Of a stretch of 64,000 nucleotides of DNA, positions 1 to 11,972 are shown piece after piece (the stretch's first letter is position 1; every line of letters begins with the position of its first letter). This DNA comes from the human T2T-CHM13v2.0 reference genome, Homo sapiens. The position numbers and the translations under genes were made by a program. The notes beneath the pieces are model-generated. The model ran no database searches. It was not told the DNA's origin and saw only the letters and a list, made by a program, of their open reading frames with translations. Where the stretch lies: assembly GCF_009914755.1 (NCBI RefSeq), contig NC_060930.1; one strand, 5' to 3'.

Positions 1-156
1 ATGAAATATGCCTATACTTGCAAGGCCCATCCGTGGTAACACTGCGATTTAAACCTGGGCATCCTGGCTTTAGACTCTGTGCTCCTAAAGCACACTGCCT
101 TCCACACCTTTCTGCCCACCTATGACTCCTAACACCTCACCCCACCAGTGACTTAC

Positions 157-2532
157 GTGCCTGTAGAATCTACTGCCACAGCCCGGACCCCACCACGATG
201 ACAGAGAATCTTTGCCAGTGGCTCCTTCATAGCTGGACTCCATAAAGACACAGTACCTGGAAGAGAAGAAGAACCAAAGTTGCTAATACACACCTAAGCC
301 TGAGGTTACTAAACATGGGAAAGATGGGAACTCAAGACCAAGAGATAACAAAAAAGGGAAATAAAAGGGTAACTTTAAGGGACTCATGAAGTACAAATAT
401 AGAAGAAAAGCAAGTCAGGATGGTCAGAGTCAAAACTAAGCCAGGTACTGACCATTGCTGTGTCCGAGATGGATGACGGCATTGTAAGGGTTCTGACTCA
501 TAACATCGAGCCGCCCAGCTCGAGCATTCAGAGCTGCCACAATCTTCCCCACTGACACATCCAGGTAGGTTAGAAACCCTGTTTCTGACTGAGAGAGAAA
601 GACAGAGAGAATGACCCAGTCCTGATTGCCCTCTGTATTCCCTCTGCTGGGGTCCTAAAGGAGAGGTGGTCATCCCAAGGGCTTCCAACCAGTTCCTGAG
701 CTCCATGGCCACTCACAGCTGTAGCCAGGAGGAAGTGGAAGGGCAGGAACTCAAGCCGTGTTACTCGGTCACAGCGGCGGATACAGTGGAGCTCAATGCC
801 CTGATTGTCATAGATGTGGAGCCAGCGGTTCTGAGCAACAGCAAGCAGTGCCTCAGAATGGAGAAACCTGGGGGAGAGGAAGAGTGGTTCAATTGGGAAA
901 TGAGGTCACAGGCTATCATTCAATCAGGAATGGACTATCTCACCCCAACTGACCGCTGACAGTGAGGCCACTGACCGGATGTCCCGCACCGCCTCCATGA
1001 CGTTGATCTCGCACATAAGCTTCTTTGTTACCCAATCAAGGGCAGCCACATGACCTCGGCGCCCTCCAAAAGCCAGGTGTCTGTTGGAGGTGAGGGGCAG
1101 GCAGGGTGTTAAGGCAGGGGACCACCGACTCAGACAACTTGAGGTCTGCCCCACGCCAGCCCCATCTCTCCAGGCGGGCAGACACATGTTGCTGTAGGTG
1201 CTTACCCTCACACCCAAGCAAATCGAAGGACCCTCCCCTCATCAGCAACCCAAACATACACTGGGAATGGCTGAAGTGGTTAAGGAAACACATCTTAGTT
1301 CAAGAGTCACTAGAATTCAACCTTACCTTCCAGTTCGAGAGTAGTTTAGTCTGTAGGGTCCAAACTGCCGCAGATTCAAGTCAAAGTGCTGGGAAAGAGA
1401 AGAGTGAAAAAAAAGAGTGCCCTGCAGTAACGCCTTCTTCTAGCCCCCATTCCTCTATTGTCCTGCACCACCAATCAATCCCTTGGCTCCTTTACCTCCT
1501 CAGGCTCACCTTGGCTGCACTTGCAATGTCCACAGCCTCCACAATGTCAGCCTGGCATATCTTTGCTGTGTCTTCCCCATCCTCCCCTTCCAGAAACCTG
1601 AAAGCAAGGGTTAGGATGGCAGTAAAGCTTCCCAATATGAAGCAAGTATACCAACATAAAAACGAGAAAAGACAGTCCCAAAAGGCAGGGAATGGGGGTC
1701 CAGATTAGGGCTCACTCACCCAGGTTCTTCAGCAAGCAGCAGCTCAGAACGAGCAGCTTTGATACTTGTTTCCTCTTCCTCAGCTTCAGCCACCTCAAGT
1801 CGGCTTCGAGTTTTGGCTTTAGAATGTGGTAGCTGTAACATTGTTGGTGGGGAGGAGTGGCAGAAGAACCACAGGATAAGTGGGGTCACAGGAGAGCTAC
1901 CTGTCCCAGCCTCCATCCAACTCACCCAGACACTCCCTGCCTCCAGCACTTCCCAACTCTCCGGCTGGACCTCACCTTTCGGGATTTGTCAATGCGACAG
2001 AACTTCTGGACCACTTCCACAGGGACGGGGGCGGGGCCTGGGAATGGATCTTGGGTCTAGGGGAAAGGAGGACGCAATTAGCAGACAGCCTTGGATTGAC
2101 CCCAACCCTCTCACTCTCAAGGAACGAGGCGGCCTGCCTCGCCACCCATCAGGTCCCACGCTCACCCCGGACAAGCCGCGCTGGGACTCCGGGTTCTTCC
2201 ATTCTCGGGGTTTCTTCGGGACCTGAGGCTTCTTAGAGATCCGAGACTTCTTTAAGATGTAAGCATTTTTTGGTCTCTGAGGACGGAGCTCCCGATTCTT
2301 CTTGTTACGAGGAGGCCCTGGAGAGGCTCCGGCTGTGGTCGGAACGGTCTCTTCCTCCCAGTATCGCCGCGGTTTCTACAGGCACATCAGGAACTCCGCA
2401 CTCACGCCCCGCCCCCCGACCCCACAGCTAAAAACTTCGTTTCCCACCCAGGGAGGCCTCTACCTTTCTCTTGGTCTGAAGTTTGTCTTTCTTGGGCGGG
2501 ACATCCTTGCCCGGCTTGGGGGCTGTCTCCAT
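157..2532 (-). CDS. WDR46: WD repeat-containing protein 46 (UTP7 homologue), 5' ten coding exons; gene continues left of the window
   Basis: Exons 2532-2464, 2375-2166, 2056-1976, 1832-1720, 1597-1510, 1388-1327, 1080-976, 867-717, 588-453, 256-157 have GT/AG boundaries and consistent phase. Translation [23 protein letters not shown]...[16 protein letters not shown]...[14 protein letters not shown]. Confidence 0.97.
589..651 (-). ncRNA. MIR6873: microRNA precursor (5'-tailed mirtron at the 3' end of WDR46 intron 8)
   Basis: Minus strand CAGAGGGAAUACAGAGGGCAAU...UUCUCUCUGUCUUUCUCUCUCAG: purine-rich arm pairs with pyrimidine-rich arm, ending exactly at the splice acceptor AG (589-590). Matches recalled miR-6873 arms. 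Confidence 0.85.
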
Positions 2533-3218
2533 CTCGCCCACCCGAACGGCGATCCACGTGCAAAACTCCTCTCAGCTGCCACACAGTCGGCTTGAAAACT
2601 CCCGGAAGCCCTCTGTCCTTCATCCAATCAGCAGCGTACCAGGTATGAAGCTCTCTAGGTGCCATCTTGAGTGAGGGCACGCTCTCCTTAGAGGGGCGGA
2701 ACAGTTTTTGGCACCTTATCGCGAGCGGCAGCTTATGCAAGAGTGATTTAAAAAAGAAAGGCAGGTCCGGAGCCAGGGGCTAAGTAGCGGTGCGGTTTCT
2801 TTTTCTGGATTAGTTTCCCCATCTTGCCTAAAAATGTCCTAGTCTAGTCTTTTTAGCAGAACTCCACTCCCTAAACATGTCAGAACTACACTTCCCATCA
2901 AGGGTCAGAAAGAAACTTCCGGCACAGTCTTTTCCCAGCATTCCTTGTTTACTTCCGGGTTTATTACTACTGAAGGAAGAACGTGAGTAGGTTAGGATTT
3001 CGGTTGAGAGGCTTGGGGTCTTGCGTTTCGCCCACCATCTCCTGGGGACAGGGTGGAGTCGATATCCGGGACGGGGGGGAGGTTGCGGTGCCCCTCAGGG
3101 CTACCTCTCAAGAGTGCTATCATTTCCGCAGGCCAGATCAGAAAAGGGAGCTCAGGTACCTTCCAGAGAGTGAGACCCAGCGCCCTTGTCTCGCACCCAG
3201 TAGGCTTTCATCCCCGCC
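2533..3218. promoter_or_regulatory. Bidirectional CpG-rich promoter shared by WDR46 and PFDN6
   Basis: Divergent ATGs only ~690 bp apart; ETS/GABP motifs (CCGGAAG ~2602, ACTTCCGG ~2916 and ~2951), CCAAT ~2624, GC box ~2693. Confidence 0.85.
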
Positions 3219-4207
3219 ATGGCGGAGCTGATCCAGAAGAAGCTACAGGGAGAAGTGGAGAAATATCAACAGCTACAGAAGGGTAAGGGAACAGGGTCGG
3301 TATGGTCTCGCCCAATGCACTTACAACCCAAAGCCATTACCGAGATAAGGTTTGTTGCCCCATCTGGGCCCTCGCGTGCAGAGACTTCCCCGCCTCAGTC
3401 TCAGTACTCTTCCCTGTTCACTCACCCGCTGCCCCCATCCTTTTCTGCTTCCTCAGATCCATATCCACCTGACTAGGATTGTGGGGATAGGTGGCACATT
3501 TGATGTTTCTAAATTGCCTTTCCTCTCATCCCCAGACTTAAGTAAATCCATGTCGGGGAGGCAGAAACTTGAAGCACAACTAACAGAAAATAATATCGTG
3601 AAAGAGGTGAGGGACTGGGATTTGTGGGGCGAGGAGGGACCTGTACTAGCCATGGTTCTGATCACATATGTCCCATCCCTCCATCAGGAACTGGCCCTGC
3701 TGGATGGGTCCAACGTGGTCTTTAAACTTCTGGGTCCGGTGCTAGTCAAACAGGAGCTGGGGGAGGCTCGGGCCACAGTAGGGAAGAGGCTGGACTATAT
3801 CACAGCTGAAATGTGAGTTTTTATTCCACCACCGTGTGCTGCACCCTGTGATGCAAGTGAACCATTGGAGTAGAGGTGTTGAACCATTGCAGAACAGCTC
3901 TCCATAGTGGCCCCTAGTCCTCCAGTTCCTCCAACCCTTTCCTTCCCTTTTAACCCCCCTTCTTCTCCCTCCCCTGGATCTCAAGTTTTCCACCTATCTC
4001 TTTCTTGCGTTTAGCACTCTCCATAGTGAGTCCTACTAATTTCTCCCTTTCTGCTTGTCTCCCTTGTCTCTCCTTAGTAAGCGATACGAATCCCAGCTTC
4101 GGGATCTTGAGCGGCAGTCAGAGCAACAGAGGGAGACCCTTGCTCAGCTGCAGCAGGAGTTCCAGCGGGCCCAGGCAGCAAAGGCAGGGGCTCCTGGCAA
4201 GGCCTGA
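3219..4207 (+). CDS. PFDN6: Prefoldin subunit 6 (KE2), 129 aa
   Basis: Exons 3219-3282, 3536-3606, 3688-3812, 4078-4207 total 390 nt; MAELIQKKLQGEVEKYQQLQKDLSKSMSGRQ...AGAPGKA*. Confidence 0.98.
3607..3687 (+). ncRNA. MIR6834: microRNA precursor (mirtron equal to an entire 81-nt PFDN6 intron)
   Basis: Intron starts GTGAGGGACTGGGATTTGTGG and ends TATGTCCCATCCCTCCATCAG; the ends are complementary. Matches recalled miR-6834 arms. Confidence 0.85.
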
Positions 4208-4273
4208 CCCCATGGTGGGGGGAGGGGAGGGGAGGGGAGGGAATGAGGCAGCTCTAGGATCTATACTGTAGCT

Positions 4274-4279
4274 AATAAA
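4274..4279 (+). terminator. PFDN6 polyadenylation signal
   Basis: AATAAA ~66 nt after the stop codon. Confidence 0.8.
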
Positions 4280-5037
4280 ATGTAAAAACACCTGGCTCTG
4301 TTTCCTGACCAGGCACTTCTGTCATATCCCCACAGCCCCTTCCACCTTAACACACACCACCTGTATTACCCCCTCAGGTTCAAACTCTTGCACTTGGAAT
4401 CTCTTTGTGGCACAGTGTTCTTTCTTGAAAGTGAAATCCTAAATGTCTTCAAACCTACTTCTTGCCTGTATATACAACCCTTAACTCTCCCTCATCTTGG
4501 TTGGCATGATTCTTTTGGAAGGGCATTTGCAACATACCATATTGCTAGGAATGTCGGTTTAATTGAAAAAGAATACACAGTTCTCTAACCTGAGGCCCCA
4601 GGATGAAATGTGGTTACCCTCCTTGCCAACAGCCCTGGCATCTCTATTAGTACTTTTCAGCCTCTGTCTTCCTAGAATTTGCTTGAATGTAGCTTTAAAC
4701 TGACTTAAAATCCCAGCATGTAATGCTTTATGGTATTATAAGTCCTCCCAAGTTTATATGTTGTCCATAAAGTTGTTCTGCCATTTCCTTGTCCTAAAAT
4801 TGTTTTATACACATTTGCAGCAAGGGACCAGTGGTAGAGAGGTTACTGGAGAGAAACTGTTCTGAGGAAACTTTTTTCACCAATACCTCACTTTTTGCTC
4901 TGTTCATGGGGACAGAAAACATTGTGCCCCTTCCTGTTCCATGGCATCTACCTTCAGCCAATTCCCCACCCCCACTCATAGCAGCCAGTTCATATGTACT
5001 GCAAGGACAGGGGAGTAGAATTCAGGTAGTGTTTTGG

Positions 5038-5043
5038 TTTATT
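5038..5043 (-). terminator. RGL2 polyadenylation signal
   Basis: TTTATT on plus (AATAAA on minus), ~420 nt past the RGL2 stop. Confidence 0.75.
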
Positions 5044-5463
5044 ATCTTAGTGTTGTCACAGTGATAGAAACCCCCAGAGTGGGAAGAAGAGCTCCTGCGA
5101 GGACCTACATTTTGCCATTCCCCTCTGCCCTGGGGCTCAGAGCCTTGAAGCCTTTGCTTGGCCCTTGCATGTTAGGATATGGCCAAGAATCAGAAACTGA
5201 TGCGTTTTTCCAGCACTACCTGTGTGCTGCACTCATGGAAGGTGGGAAGCTATACACAGGTATCCAACTTGGTTATAAGACACCAGTTCCCACAGGGCTG
5301 GATTTCTCAGCTGTCTGGTAAACCAGTGGCACTTCACTGCCCCAGGGTGGCTGGCTCCCTTTCTGAATTTCTGTCTCAATGTGATATAATTGCCACCATT
5401 CAGGATGGCTACCCACATCTGGTATGAACACCATGACTTCTGTAAGCCAACGGGGCTTCCTCC

Positions 5464-8400
5464 TCAGAACAGTGCCCGTGCAATCTTCCTCCCTGTGGCC
5501 TTGATCCTGGGAAAGGAGCCCCCTCCTCCCTCACTCGGAGGAGTTCCTGAGGCAGACGGGCCACTGGTGACGCCAGGTGTAGCAGTAGAGGACCTTCGCC
5601 GCTGCCGCAGGAGGAAATCGTGTGAAGCTCCATCCATGGCGTAGAATACATTAGCCGAGGCTGGGATAGTCAGCTCTGAAGGTTCAGGGGATGGATGTAA
5701 AGCACACACACAGTTGTTCCCCCCACAGCCGCCCAGATGTGGAAGTACTCCACTCTCCTCCCGAGTCTGCCTTTCCCTCATGGCCTCTGACCTCGCTCCC
5801 CTGGTAGCAGCTGTACCAGCTCATACTCTGAAGCCACTGCAGAGTCACGATTGTTTTTCTTAAGGACACGACTGATGACACTTGGAGCCTTGTCCTGGCT
5901 TGTCACCTGGCAGAACAGGAGACCAAAAGAGCAATCAATCAGCCATGATTTCCCATCCTTCTACCCTCAGCCACTGAACCCAACCACAAAATGTTACTTG
6001 TGTCCAAGGCTTTAAAATGAACAGGAAAACCCAATATGGTGGCTTCCTATACCCCATAAGCCAGCCCACATGGTGCCCAGTGAAACAGAGCTGCTTCCCT
6101 GTGGGGAAACTGCTGTTGATTCTGAAATTTTAACACGGCGACCAAAAGTTTAAGGTGTAGCAACTAATGCAAAATAGCCATCAAAATAAAACAAATTTCA
6201 GCTTCTATTGAAGACTAGAGTTTAGAAGATAAAATTAAAAATAAAACATAACTGCCAAAACCAAAGGTCAAAATTAAAACTACATTCAATTCCATTTGGC
6301 TGCCCAAACCTCAGACAACATTTATAGTCCAACAAGACACCATCCTTCACCCCAACTCCATCCCAAGGCTCCCTCACCAAAATGCTCTTATAGACACTGC
6401 CATCTTCCCCCAACTCCATCTGGACTCGGATGATACGGCAATCAGAGGCCCCTGGCCCAGATCCCTCTCCCCCATATCCAGTCCCCCCGGAGGCCTCTTC
6501 TGCACCCCCACTCAGCGGGGAGCCACAGGAGGCTGAGCGGCGGTGACCTCGAGAAGGCCTAGGGGAGGAGGCTGGTGGGGAGAGGTGGCTGGGGTCAGCT
6601 GGACTGTGCAGGGATGGACTGCTTTCCAAGGCAGAGTCTAGTGACGAGACAGATGGCCACTTCATGTGCTAGGAACAAACAACATGGGACTGGCATGAAG
6701 GCAGGGAGGTTTAAGGAAGAAACATTTACAGAGTGAGGGTCAGCGTCAAGGTCAGAGTCAGGAGCAGAGCTCACCTGGGCCAGCCGAGTCAGCAGAGGAG
6801 CAGGAGTTGTAGGCGCCTCATCTCCCCCAGTACTGGGCCGGTCACAGGACACAAGCGGGGTAGGGACCCCAACAGAGCCCAAAACCCTGCAGTGGCAGGA
6901 GATTGGGAGGATCAGAGAAAAGTGGAAGTCCCAAGAAACCACCCCCCAGCCAGTGAATCTCTCACTCTGTCCACTGCGAGATGACCAATGTTGGCCGAAG
7001 CACCCGTGGGGCAGGAGGGTCACTGGAACCAGGTGGCTCCACCTCACAGGATACACGATGGCTGGGTTAGGGGGGCAATAGGCAGAGCTCAGGACATGAC
7101 ACCAATCCCCCACACCTGGCCAGAACCCTGGAGTCCCAACCTCACCCGCCAGTCACCTCTGAGCCTCTGTCAGTGGCCGGAGCCCCTGTAGCCACCTCTG
7201 GATATCATGGTCAGGTTGGAGGTTATAGCCACGACATTCATTCTGGAGCCGTCGCAACTCAGAAAGGACTGCAAACTCCTGGGAAGGAGCCCTCAAACTG
7301 CAGGAGCCAAAACTCAGGGACCCCTGACTTTTCCCCCTCCCCTTCCTGGAACATGGATAGGGAAGTCCAGCATCCAGCCCAGACACTCCGCTCACCTTCC
7401 TCCGCTTGTCAAAATTGATGTATCCATTCTGCGAGGAAAATGGGGATGGGGTGAAAGTTCCAACCCTACCTTCCGGCCACAGAGAGAGAATATCCCCTCT
7501 CTTAAACACACACAGCCACATCCAACTCACAACCACTTCCCTCCAGCCTCTCTGACTCTTCGATCCCTCCCTGCCTTCCTCCTCAATCTATCATGGCCTA
7601 AGCACTCCACTTGACCCTTTAAATTGAATTTCTCAGGTAGACAACGAGTCTGCTTTGCAGATGAGAGGACTGGATAGTATCCAATTCGACAGGATTCCTT
7701 ATCCAGAGAGGATAAGGAACTTGTCCAAGGTCTCAGTATTTGTTTATTTAACAAACTCTAGCAATAGAGCAGGAGCCCATCACAAAACCTAGATGTGCTT
7801 ACGTTTCAGGCACGTTCTAAGCACTTGACAAATACAAATTCATTTAACCCTTATAACAGATCAATGTAGATGCTATTTCTAGTTTCCCATTTACAGATCA
7901 CTGAGGCGACTTGGCACAGAAACAGATCTGGCTCTGTCCCACACTCAGCTATTTGTGCCTTACAGCCCCTTGCAAGGGGCGGGGGGGTCTGTCCGACCCT
8001 GCAGCCCACTTGTTACATCATTGCAATGACACACACACACACCACTGACCTCCAACTCATCCTTGGAGGCTGCATCCAGCATCACAAGGTCCTTCAGGAA
8101 GGTGCCAAGGTATGGGACCACACCCTGAAGTCAGGGGTCAGGGTCAGAAGTGCCTGCCATTGACGTGAGGGCCCTCCATCCCTCCGCACTTGCCCTCCTC
8201 ATTGCCTCAGAGAACAGATTTCATTCTCCTCACCCCTCTGTGCCTCCCTTACCCATCCTTCAGGCTGCTCCCCCAAAACATACTCCTCACCCCTTCATAA
8301 TCACCACCCCCACGCCCACCACCCCGCTAGTCACTCACCCCACCCCGGGAGCCAGACCTCGGGGCCTTCTTGGAGTGTGGCTCCAGAGGAGACTGCAGCT

Positions 8401-11400
8401 TCACCTCCTGGTGGTGACAAAATAAAAGAGACATGGGGGAGCAGTAGGGAACAAGGAGAGGTGGGAATGCCACAAACCAGGCTCTCACCTGCACGAGCAG
8501 CTCCCGACTCTGGGAATAATTATCCTCCTCGGAGAAAATCTGGCAGAGGCTGGAAAAGACTCTGAGGCTGTCCCTGGGGAAGGGAGAAAAGTGGCCCTGA
8601 GGACAGGCCTGGCTCTGTCACCCCCTCTTCCCCGCCTTCTGAGGAACCCCCACCCCAGTCCAATGCCTCAGCCTCCGCACCTGGTTGCTTCCCCCCAGGC
8701 TGCCCGAAGCCTGTGGATGGGGCTGGACTGCAGGGCTGACACCACGGCATAAACTGAAGAGAAGTTTCGGAGCAGCCGGCACTCCTGTGGGGGTCAAAGA
8801 AGAGAGCTAAGGCTATGGGAGGCCTCTCCATTCCATGGCCACAAACCGTAGGGCAATCTTCTCTCTCACCTCTGCCACGCGGATCCACTTCTCCAGGAGC
8901 CGGGCCCTCTGTGGGGGACGGAGTGGCCGTATGGTCACCTCCCCAGGTCCCTCTCCAGTGGAAGTAGCCCCCAGGACAGAACTAACCACTGCCCCTGCCA
9001 CCTTGTTAAACTGTGTGACAGTAGCTCGGACAGATGGGCAGAGGTGAGAATGTCCTGGCCGGTCTCTGTGACCCCACAGGCCTCCCAGGCACTGAGAGGG
9101 GATCAAATTGAGAAAAAGTTCCTGCAGGGTAGAGGTCAGAGGTTAAAGTTCATAGTCAAGTGAGGTCAGCCTTCCAATATCAGGGATCTGAGGATCTCAG
9201 GTGGCCAAGGAACCAGAGGGGCACAGGGTTTGAAGGGTAACGACCAAAGGGAAAAGGGGAGAATCAAAATGGTAGGTGGAGGAGGCTAGGAGCTGGATCA
9301 GGAAGGGGTGGAAGCAAGGAAAGGATCTGGAGTCAAGGAGAGGTTAGTAAGGGGTCAGGGGGCATAGGGGCCAGAGGTCAGGGTCTCACCGCATCTAGCA
9401 GGGTCAGCTGTTCGGCCAAGTGGTCAGCGAGGAACACCAGGACATCCGTGGGGTCAGCAGGGGGATCGCCGGGGAGGGCCAGGGGCTTAGGAAGGTCGGG
9501 GGCCTGGGGGTCCACCCGGGACCGGAGATTGCGGATGAGGTCAGCGCTGCCCCCCCCAACACCCTTCCCTGCTGCATACCCTGTCTGAAGTAAGAAGCTC
9601 TCAAGCCGGTCAAGCTGACCCTTGGCCTCAGAGCCAAAATCCTCAGGGTGAGAGGCCAGCCAGGTTGACAGTACAGAGATGGCTACCCTGGGAGAAGGGA
9701 ATCAGCCAAGGGTGAGAGGTAAAGCTGCAGCCTGGGCAGAGGGGACTGTGAGATTAAGAACCAGGGGTCACTCACTCTGTTGTCCTCTCTAGTTCGTCGG
9801 TAGGATGAGATTCAAGGGCTTCCAGCCTGAGGGGGAGAAGAGGATCTATCTGTCCATTTTTCCCAAACCCTCAGTGGCTTTGACTATTTTGGTGGGATGT
9901 TGCGGCTTTAGGAAATCCGGGCAGATACTCCACTACCCTGCGTCCCTTATGACTCTGACCTGTCAGCCATAAGCCCTAGCAAGGCAGGCGTGGAGGTGAA
10001 GGCCCGGTGGGTAGCCAGGAAGGCTGACATGAAGCTCACATCAGTCCCTGATGTCCGGGTATCCAGTAGGTGTCTGACCAGGGCCTCCAGAGTGCCAGCT
10101 CGGAGCCGTCGGGAGGAACGTGGGGGAGGCATAGGGACCTGGAGAACACAGAGAGATGATCGCTAACCCTTTCTCCCACTCTGCACCTAGATTTCTGAGG
10201 ACAATCCCAGACCCAGGAGATGTTCCAGACTCATTTTTCTGATATTCAGAGAGGGCAAGAGTCTTGGCCTATGTCACACAGCAGAGTCCAGGACTCCAGA
10301 ACTCCAACCTAGCACTCTGGCCAGAAAGTCAGCCAGAGGAAGGAAAACTGGGAATGAAGAGTCAGAGGTGAGAAGCTAAAGTCATGATCTCACCAAGGGA
10401 TCAAGAGGTCGATATTGGCGGCTTGTGACGGTAAACACGGCACCATCCTCCTCCTCATCCCAGACGGACACAGGGGCCTGGAGGAGCAAGGAAGGGGAAG
10501 TCAGACAGTTCCACACCACCCCCCATTGCCCTCAGCCTTCACCCCAGGCCCTGCTCCTCCCTCTGTACCCCTCACCTGTGGTGGCAGGGCATAGTACCAG
10601 CGAGTGCGAGGAAGGGTTGGGGGAGCTGGTGACCCCAGGTCTCCCCCACTGGGGCCCAGACAGCCCCACCCCAGCCGCCTCAGGGCCCCGGTGGAGTCGA
10701 AGGGGCTGCAGTGGAGGCGTGGATGGAGTACAGGAATTCTGATCCTGGAGACCCCCAAAGCCCCTTCTCCCCAGAGCTGAACCCACACACGACAGAGAAG
10801 CAGGGTACAAAGGGCAGGAGAGGGAAGCGAGAGGCAGCAAGCCAGAGGCAGCGACTAGGGGTAGCTGAAACCTCAGTCCAGGCACTGCCGCATGCCCCGC
10901 CCCTCCCGGCCAAGGACTATACCAGCCCAGAGAATTAGTCTTTTTCAGGACCCCTTTCACCCTGGTCCCTCGGGTAGCGCCTCCACTATCTCAGCCCTAA
11001 GGGACCCCCGAAGGTAGCAGCTCCAATCCCAGTACAGGAAGGAAAAGGGGAAGTGGGATGATAGGGGGTTGGGGGCGGTAGACTCAGAGAGTCACGTGGC
11101 CCCAGCCCCTCCCCCGACCGATCCCGAAAAACCAGCCCTGCCAGTCAACCTGCCCTCACCTAGGATCTGGACCTAGGAGTTTAGGGCCTCGGGGCCCCAA
11201 ATCCAAATTCTGGCCCCTCCTGAGGCCCGAAATCCTGCTCCTGGCCACCACCATTAATCCCTAATGAAAACAGATGACCACTCTCTACCCACCCTAGGAT
11301 CTTTCCTCCAGGTCCCAGAACCGTGGCTTCCCGGCCTCTACCCAGGACCGGGGCGGGGCGGGGGGGCGGGGGGAAGGGGGAGAGAGGGAAGGAGGGGTCA

Positions 11401-11972
11401 CGAAATCTGAGGGTTCCCTCCCCAATCCCAGAGTCAGAGGAGCTGGTTACTGTGGAAACAAACCCCTCCCCGCCAAACAAAAACAAGGAGGGAGACAGGG
11501 ACCAAGACACGACTGCTCAGAGAGGTAGGCACACTCAGGCAGGCAGAGGTGGAGGGCCAAAGACCCGCAGGGACAGGACAGCCAGCCAGAAGTTCCAGGC
11601 AGGAACAGGGCAGGTTCCTGCGGGCAGGTCCTGAGTCACACTGACAGAGAACCACGGAGACGCCAGGACTCCCCGCAGCAGAGAAACGGGCCGACACCCA
11701 GGGAGGCGCGAGAATAACTGAGGCAAGGAGGAGGAGATGTAGGGACCCAGAGACAAGAGAAAAGTGGAGACTTCAGAAATACATACGCCCCCTACCTCCC
11801 ACCACCCGCGTCTCACCTCTTCTTCTTCCTCCTCCTCTTCCTCCTGCCCCCCGCCCACGACCAGGCCACCTGGGCCCCCACCCTCTTCGGGGTCCCGGCT
11901 TCGGAAGCTGCTCAGTACGACTCCCCCGGGGGGGCTCGTGTCCAAAAGCAGCCGCAGGGGCCGCGGGAGCAT
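5464..11972 (-). CDS. RGL2: Ral guanine nucleotide dissociation stimulator-like 2 (REM, CDC25 GEF and RA domains), 777 aa
   Basis: 17 coding exons: 11972-11817, 10477-10394, 10138-9960, 9826-9776, 9687-9390, 9121-8870, 8784-8681, 8573-8489, 8407-8339, 8124-8050, 7428-7396, 7278-7157, 7061-6966, 6886-6775, 6668-6378, 5906-5792, 5675-5464, total 2334 nt. Motifs [36 protein letters not shown]. Confidence 0.97.
7740..7970. mobile_element. MIR SINE remnant in RGL2 intron
   Basis: MIR-core-like text (CATTTAACCCTTATAACA...CCCATTTACAGATCACTGAGGC). Confidence 0.55.

Noticed and set aside
1106-1708. 200-aa plus-strand ORF antisense to WDR46
   Set aside because: Non-ATG start, crosses exons and introns on the opposite strand, no recognisable motif.
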